From the NCBI GenBank assembly GCA_018223105.1, contig JAAEYY010000005.1, positions 918 to 64,917 of the forward strand: DNA of 64,000 nucleotides, in the 5' to 3' direction. Below are positions 59,958 through 64,000 of the stretch, piece after piece. Both the position numbers and the translations under genes were made by a program. The DNA comes from a bacterium (GTDB lineage: Bacteria > Bacteroidota > Bacteroidia > NS11-12g > UBA9320). Position 1 is the stretch's first letter, and the number at the start of each line of letters is the position of its first letter. Below the pieces are notes generated by a model. The model was not told the DNA's origin. It saw only the letters and a list, made by a program, of their open reading frames with translations, and searched no databases.

Positions 59958-60569
59958 ATGACTTCTTTAGAGCGTGACTATCTTGTAACACGTATTGGCA
60001 ACGAAAGAGCGGATGCCGTTCAAAAGTTTCTCAAAGATCACAATTGCGATCTCAAATTTACTCGGATGAGAAAATCAAAACGAGGAGATTTTAGGGTAAA
60101 AGGGAAACATTTGTTGATTACAGTCAACCGCGATCCAAATATTTATCGATTCATAATCACCTTGGTGCATGAACTTGCACATCTAAAGACGTACAAAGAA
60201 TACAAGCTAAAGGTAAAGCCTCATGGCGATGAATGGAAAGGAAATCACAGACAGCTATTCTACCACTTTGACCTCTTAAAGCTATTTCAAGGCAATCCTG
60301 AGTTAGAAGAAGTATTAGATAATGAGTTGGAGAATCCTTCCGCTTGTTCGGGAATAAACTTAGATCTGGAGAAAAAATTAATAGTACATGATTTAAACAC
60401 GGACCAGGTATTTCTTGACGATCTCCCTGAAGATGCTGTATTTGAGTTTAGGTCTGTGATTTACAGGAAGTTAGAGACAAGGAGAACGAGAGTTTTATGC
60501 CTAAATCTTAAGAATTCGAGGAAGTATACGATCAGTAAAGCCTCAACTGTACGGGAAATAAAAATGTAA
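59958..60569 (+). CDS. SprT-like zinc-metalloprotease domain protein
   Basis: HELAHL...HG.EW arrangement, 203 aa. Confidence 0.55.
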   Translation: MTSLERDYLVTRIGNERADAVQKFLKDHNCDLKFTRMRKSKRGDFRVKGKHLLITVNRDPNIYRFIITLVHELAHLKTYKEYKLKVKPHGDEWKGNHRQLFYHFDLLKLFQGNPELEEVLDNELENPSACSGINLDLEKKLIVHDLNTDQVFLDDLPEDAVFEFRSVIYRKLETRRTRVLCLNLKNSRKYTISKASTVREIKM

Positions 60570-60633
60570 TAAAACTATCATTCGTATAAATTTTGTACGT
60601 ATTTTTGGTAAGAACCAATTAATAAACTAGAGA

Positions 60634-61041
60634 ATGTTAAAAGAATTCAAAGAATTTATGATGAAAGGCAATGTGCTGGAATTAGCTGTTGCGGTCATCA
60701 TGGCTACCTATTTTGGTAAAATTGTAAACTCATTGGTAAACGACATCATTATGCCTGTAATAGGTAATATGATCGGTGGAGTTGACTTTAGTGAGTTTAA
60801 GGTTGTACTTAAAGAAGAAATCGTTGCAACAGAAACAGTTGAGGCTGTGCCTGAAGTAGCAGTGTATTACGGTACATTTATCAATCACATCATCACCTTT
60901 GTTATTGTAGCATTCGCAATCTTCATGATTGTTAGAGCGTATAACAAAACCAAGAAAAAGAAAGAAGAGGCACCTGCAGCACCTGCCGGTCCTACAGAAA
61001 TAGAGCTACTTACCGAAATAAGAGATTCGCTAAAGAAATAG
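60634..61041 (+). CDS. mscL: Large-conductance mechanosensitive channel
   Basis: The 135-aa MLKEFKEFMMKGNVLELAVAVIMATYFGKIVNSLVNDIIMPVIG is typical of MscL. Confidence 0.9.
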   Translation: MLKEFKEFMMKGNVLELAVAVIMATYFGKIVNSLVNDIIMPVIGNMIGGVDFSEFKVVLKEEIVATETVEAVPEVAVYYGTFINHIITFVIVAFAIFMIVRAYNKTKKKKEEAPAAPAGPTEIELLTEIRDSLKK

Positions 61042-61072
61042 CTATACTACTTTCAGTTAAGTTTTATTTAAG

Positions 61073-61099
61073 GGGCAACTGTTGGGGTTGCCCTTTTTT
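61073..61099. terminator. Bidirectional rho-independent terminator between mscL (+) and the convergent E1 gene (-)
   Basis: GGGCAAC-TGTTGGG-GTTGCCC hairpin followed by TTTTTT on the + strand. A T/A-rich tract lies on the opposite side. Confidence 0.6.
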
Positions 61100-63524
61100 A
61101 TAATTCTGGATATGCAGCAGGATTGTACTCGTGCATTAAGCCATATGCAATATCAAAGAGCTCTTCTGCATTAGATTTTGAGAAGTAATCTCCATCGGTG
61201 CCATATGCTGGTCTGTGGTCCTTAGAGCTTAAAGTTTTGGGTGCAGAGTCAAGATATTTATAGCCTTCCTGCTCTTCCAATACTTTTTGCATCATGTAAC
61301 CGGTTGCACCACCACTCACATCTTCATCCATAAAGATTACCTTGTTGGTCTTTTTCAAAGATTCAACAATTTCATGGTTTACATCAAATGGAAGTAATGA
61401 CTGCACATCGATCAATTCAACTGATACTCCTTTTTGGGCTAACATTGGGATCGCTTCTTGTGCAATTCTAACACAAGACCCATAGGTGATTACAGTAATA
61501 TCATTACCTTCTTCCAAGATTTCCGGTACTCCTACAGGAACAGTAAAATCAGCGAGGTTATCGGGTAAAGTTTCTTTCAAACGGTAGCCATTTAGGCATT
61601 CAATTACTAGAGCTGGTTCATCCGATCTAATAATGGTATTATAAAAACCTGCAGCACGAGTCATGTCTCTAGGTACGAGCACATGCATTCCGCGTACTGC
61701 GTTTATGATCATACCCATAGGCGAACCGGAGTGCCAAATACCTTCAAGTCTATGTCCCCTTGTACGAATGATAAGCGGCATTTTTTGCCCACCTTTGGTG
61801 CGATATTGCATGGTAGCAATGTCATCACTCATCATTTGAATACCATAAAGCAAATAGTCGAGATATTGAATCTCAGCGATAGGTCGCAATCCCCGGAGGG
61901 CTGCACCAATTGCCTGACCTACAATTGTATTTTCTCGAATCCCGGTGTCCATTACGCGAGATTCTCCGTGTTTTTCCTGAAGTCCGGCAAACCCCTGATT
62001 CACATCCCCAATTTTACCTAAGTCTTCACCAAACGCGAGAACTTCCGGGTAATTGCTCAATAAATTATCGAAACACTGTTGAAGTATTTCAAAGCCATTC
62101 AAACTTGGGCTATTATCACTGAATTGAGGTTTCACTTCCTCTACATTAAGTGCTCGTTGAGGAGACTCGCTGTATAGATGTGAGCTATAAATATTCTGAT
62201 ACTTTTCTAGATAGCTCTCGTAATATTGCTTAAGTGCACCTCTTTCAGATGAATGATCTCCTTGAGTTTCTCTTATGCATTCATGTAGAGCTTTAAGAAG
62301 GTCCTTCCTTCCGGGATCCATCGCCGATTTTATGCTTGAAGCAATGCTAGCAATGTTGCTGTTGCCGGTAGCTTCTGCTAAAGCATTGATATAGGTAAAC
62401 CCTTCGTTTATTTCAGCTTTTATTTCTGATGTAAAAGCGGTCCAGGCATTTCTCTTTTCTTCTTTAACTTCTGTTAAGGCCTTTTTCTCAAGTTCTTCAA
62501 TTTCTGCTTCAGAACAAATAGAATTGCTTAACATCCATTTACGCATTTGTACAATACAGTCGTATTCCTCTTCCCAGGCTAATCGCTCTTGAGATTTGTA
62601 TCTTTCATGTGATCCGGAAGTGGAGTGACCCTGAGGTTGAGTCAATTCTTTAACATGAATAATAACAGGTGTAGACTCATTTCGGCACTTCTCTGAAGCC
62701 GCTTTGTAGGTCTTGATTAGTTCGGGATAATCCCAACCATTTACTGTATAAATTTCGTAACCCTGACCTTTATCATCCGTTTGAAATCCGGATAATATTG
62801 CACCAATATTTTGCTTGGTAGTTTGATATTTAGCATGTACAGAAATTCCGTATTCATCGTCCCAAATAGAAACGAGCATAGGAACTTGCAATACGCCTGC
62901 TGCATTGATAGTTTCCCAGAAATGTCCTTCAGAAGTACTGGCATTACCTATAGTACCCCAAGCTATTTCATTGCCTTTTACAGAGAATTCCGGTTTATTT
63001 AAGATTTCAGCATTCTCGCGATACACTTTTGAGGCAAAAGCAAGGCCTAACAGGCGAGGCATTTGACCCGCAGTAGGAGAAATATCAGCTGAACTGTTGT
63101 AACGATCGGTTTGAGATAACCAGTTTCCATCTTCATCTAATAATCGAGTTCCAAAATGGCCATTCATTGATCTTCCGGCACTGGCAGGTTCATGTTCTAC
63201 ACTTGGATGTGCGTAGAGTTGAGCAAAGAATTTCTGTACATCGCTCAAACCAAGAGCAAACATTAAAGTTTGATCTCGATAATAACCTGCACGGAAATCA
63301 CCTTTTGCAAAGTACCTTGCCATAGCTACTTGAGCTACTTCCTTTCCATCGCCAAAAATTCCAAATTTTGCCTTACCGGTAAGCACCTCTTTTCTTCCGA
63401 TTAAGGAAGCTTGCCTACTCTTATATGCAATGGTATAATCGCTGATTACCTGAGCGATAAATTCATCTTTTGAAATAGATTTGTTCTCCGCCACTTCTGT
63501 TGCCATAACTTTTTCGGGTGGCAA
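61098..63524 (-). CDS. 2-oxoacid dehydrogenase E1 component, fused alpha (TPP-binding) and beta (transketolase-like) subunits
   Basis: 808 aa. The N-terminal half has the TPP-binding GDG...N region and the C-terminal half is transketolase-like (pyrimidine-binding plus C-terminal domain). Fused E1 is common in Bacteroidetes. Confidence 0.8.
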   Translation of the reverse strand: MPPEKVMATEVAENKSISKDEFIAQVISDYTIAYKSRQASLIGRKEVLTGKAKFGIFGDGKEVAQVAMARYFAKGDFRAGYYRDQTLMFALGLSDVQKFFAQLYAHPSVEHEPASAGRSMNGHFGTRLLDEDGNWLSQTDRYNSSADISPTAGQMPRLLGLAFASKVYRENAEILNKPEFSVKGNEIAWGTIGNASTSEGHFWETINAAGVLQVPMLVSIWDDEYGISVHAKYQTTKQNIGAILSGFQTDDKGQGYEIYTVNGWDYPELIKTYKAASEKCRNESTPVIIHVKELTQPQGHSTSGSHERYKSQERLAWEEEYDCIVQMRKWMLSNSICSEAEIEELEKKALTEVKEEKRNAWTAFTSEIKAEINEGFTYINALAEATGNSNIASIASSIKSAMDPGRKDLLKALHECIRETQGDHSSERGALKQYYESYLEKYQNIYSSHLYSESPQRALNVEEVKPQFSDNSPSLNGFEILQQCFDNLLSNYPEVLAFGEDLGKIGDVNQGFAGLQEKHGESRVMDTGIRENTIVGQAIGAALRGLRPIAEIQYLDYLLYGIQMMSDDIATMQYRTKGGQKMPLIIRTRGHRLEGIWHSGSPMGMIINAVRGMHVLVPRDMTRAAGFYNTIIRSDEPALVIECLNGYRLKETLPDNLADFTVPVGVPEILEEGNDITVITYGSCVRIAQEAIPMLAQKGVSVELIDVQSLLPFDVNHEIVESLKKTNKVIFMDEDVSGGATGYMMQKVLEEQEGYKYLDSAPKTLSSKDHRPAYGTDGDYFSKSNAEELFDIAYGLMHEYNPAAYPEL

Positions 63525-63559
63525 AGATACTGAATTAGCATGTAAATCTTGAGCTTTTG

Positions 63560-64000
63560 CTATCGCAGAACCCTGCGAACAAATACTCCGGTATCCGTGT
63601 GAAATCGAATCATATAGGAACCCGGAGAGTTTTGAGATAGATCAATTGTTCCTTGAACACTGGTCTCATTGATTTCCTCAATTAGTCTTCCTTGGTAATC
63701 TGTCACTACTATTTTGTGCAGCACCTTTTCGCTAGAGTATTTAAAAATTCCATTTGAGCTTGGGTTTGGACCGAGTTCAATTCCATTTTCAAGTTCAGCT
63801 AATTCAATAGAAGAGGTCATAGAAGAATCTTCGATCACCAAAACGAAATCTTCGATGGTATCTCTCACCGGTACGGTAGCTGAACCTAAATCAGCATAAT
63901 ATGTCAATTGAATTTCTAATGGATGAACTCCTTTTTCTGATTCATCAGGGTTGCCAACAACTGCTATACATCCAACAGCTTCCCAGGTGAAAACACATCT
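63560..64000 (-). CDS. T9SS type A sorting-domain secreted protein, C-terminal part only; its 5' end is beyond the window
   Basis: The frame stays open on the minus strand to position 64000. The C-terminus ...NSPGSYMIRFHTDTGVFVRRVLR resembles a type A CTD. The track's start at 63907 is an internal TTG. Confidence 0.5.
   Translation of the reverse strand, partial: RCVFTWEAVGCIAVVGNPDESEKGVHPLEIQLTYYADLGSATVPVRDTIEDFVLVIEDSSMTSSIELAELENGIELGPNPSSNGIFKYSSEKVLHKIVVTDYQGRLIEEINETSVQGTIDLSQNSPGSYMIRFHTDTGVFVRRVLR

Noticed and set aside
60570-60633. Terminator hairpin after the SprT-like gene (CGTA…TACG plus TATTTTT)
   Set aside because: The stem is only 4 bp with a 9-nt loop. That is too weak to call, and the region probably also holds the mscL promoter.
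1-64000. CRISPR arrays, tRNA/rRNA genes, IS elements and restriction-modification or other defence cassettes
   Set aside because: No regularly spaced direct repeats. No tRNA-like GTTCGANTCC T-loops with acceptor-stem complementarity were found in intergenic regions. No transposase, REase or MTase signatures apart from a generic SAM-MTase.

Overview
This 64 kb window reads as a chromosomal, mostly housekeeping segment from a Bacteroidota (Flavobacteriia-like) genome, roughly 38-40% GC by eye and densely coded on both strands. Lineage clues are four proteins with type IX secretion (T9SS) C-terminal sorting domains (three type A, one 'gliding-motility' type B), a TonB-dependent receptor paired with a DUF4249 lipoprotein, a DUF4834 mini-protein, GH3-family and DUF3109/DUF4286 proteins, and Bacteroidetes-style -7 'TAnnTTTG' promoter motifs.

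Core genes I recognise with confidence:
- era (5'-truncated at the window edge), der, pheS, mnmG, ybeY, rluB-like, xerD, guaB
- glyA, purS, pssA-like, class II B12-dependent RNR nrdJ (1100 aa with a C-terminal Zn-ribbon), purE, purK, mnmA
- carB, dusB, cdsA, gdhA, psd, mscL, and a fused alpha/beta 2-oxoacid dehydrogenase E1

I found no rRNA, tRNA, CRISPR array, transposase, integrase with inverted repeats, or recognisable defence island. The XerD homologue looks like the chromosomal dimer-resolution enzyme.

None of this amounts to a clearly novel system. The open leads are:
- (a) a SulP anion transporter carrying a ~230-aa C-terminal extension of unknown fold
- (b) an overlapping two-gene cassette encoding a 680-aa lipoprotein and a 415-aa secreted beta-rich protein, neither with a recognisable domain
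- (c) a translationally coupled trio of thiamine diphosphokinase, a 12-TM GT39-like membrane protein and a membrane-anchored retropepsin-like protease
- (d) a T9SS-secreted metzincin-like protease with PKD-like repeats, and a type B CTD protein that is not next to a PorP/SprF gene
- (e) a bacterial GGGPS/PcrB-family prenyltransferase
- (f) a GH3 acyl-adenylate-family enzyme neighbourhood
- (g) an unannotated 52-aa two-TM small ORF, a long AT-rich pheS leader, and 13-bp direct repeats in the nrdJ leader

The supplied ORF track uses ATG, GTG and TTG starts. Where a nearby ATG or a homologue-consistent start was visible I adjusted the start and say so in the evidence.
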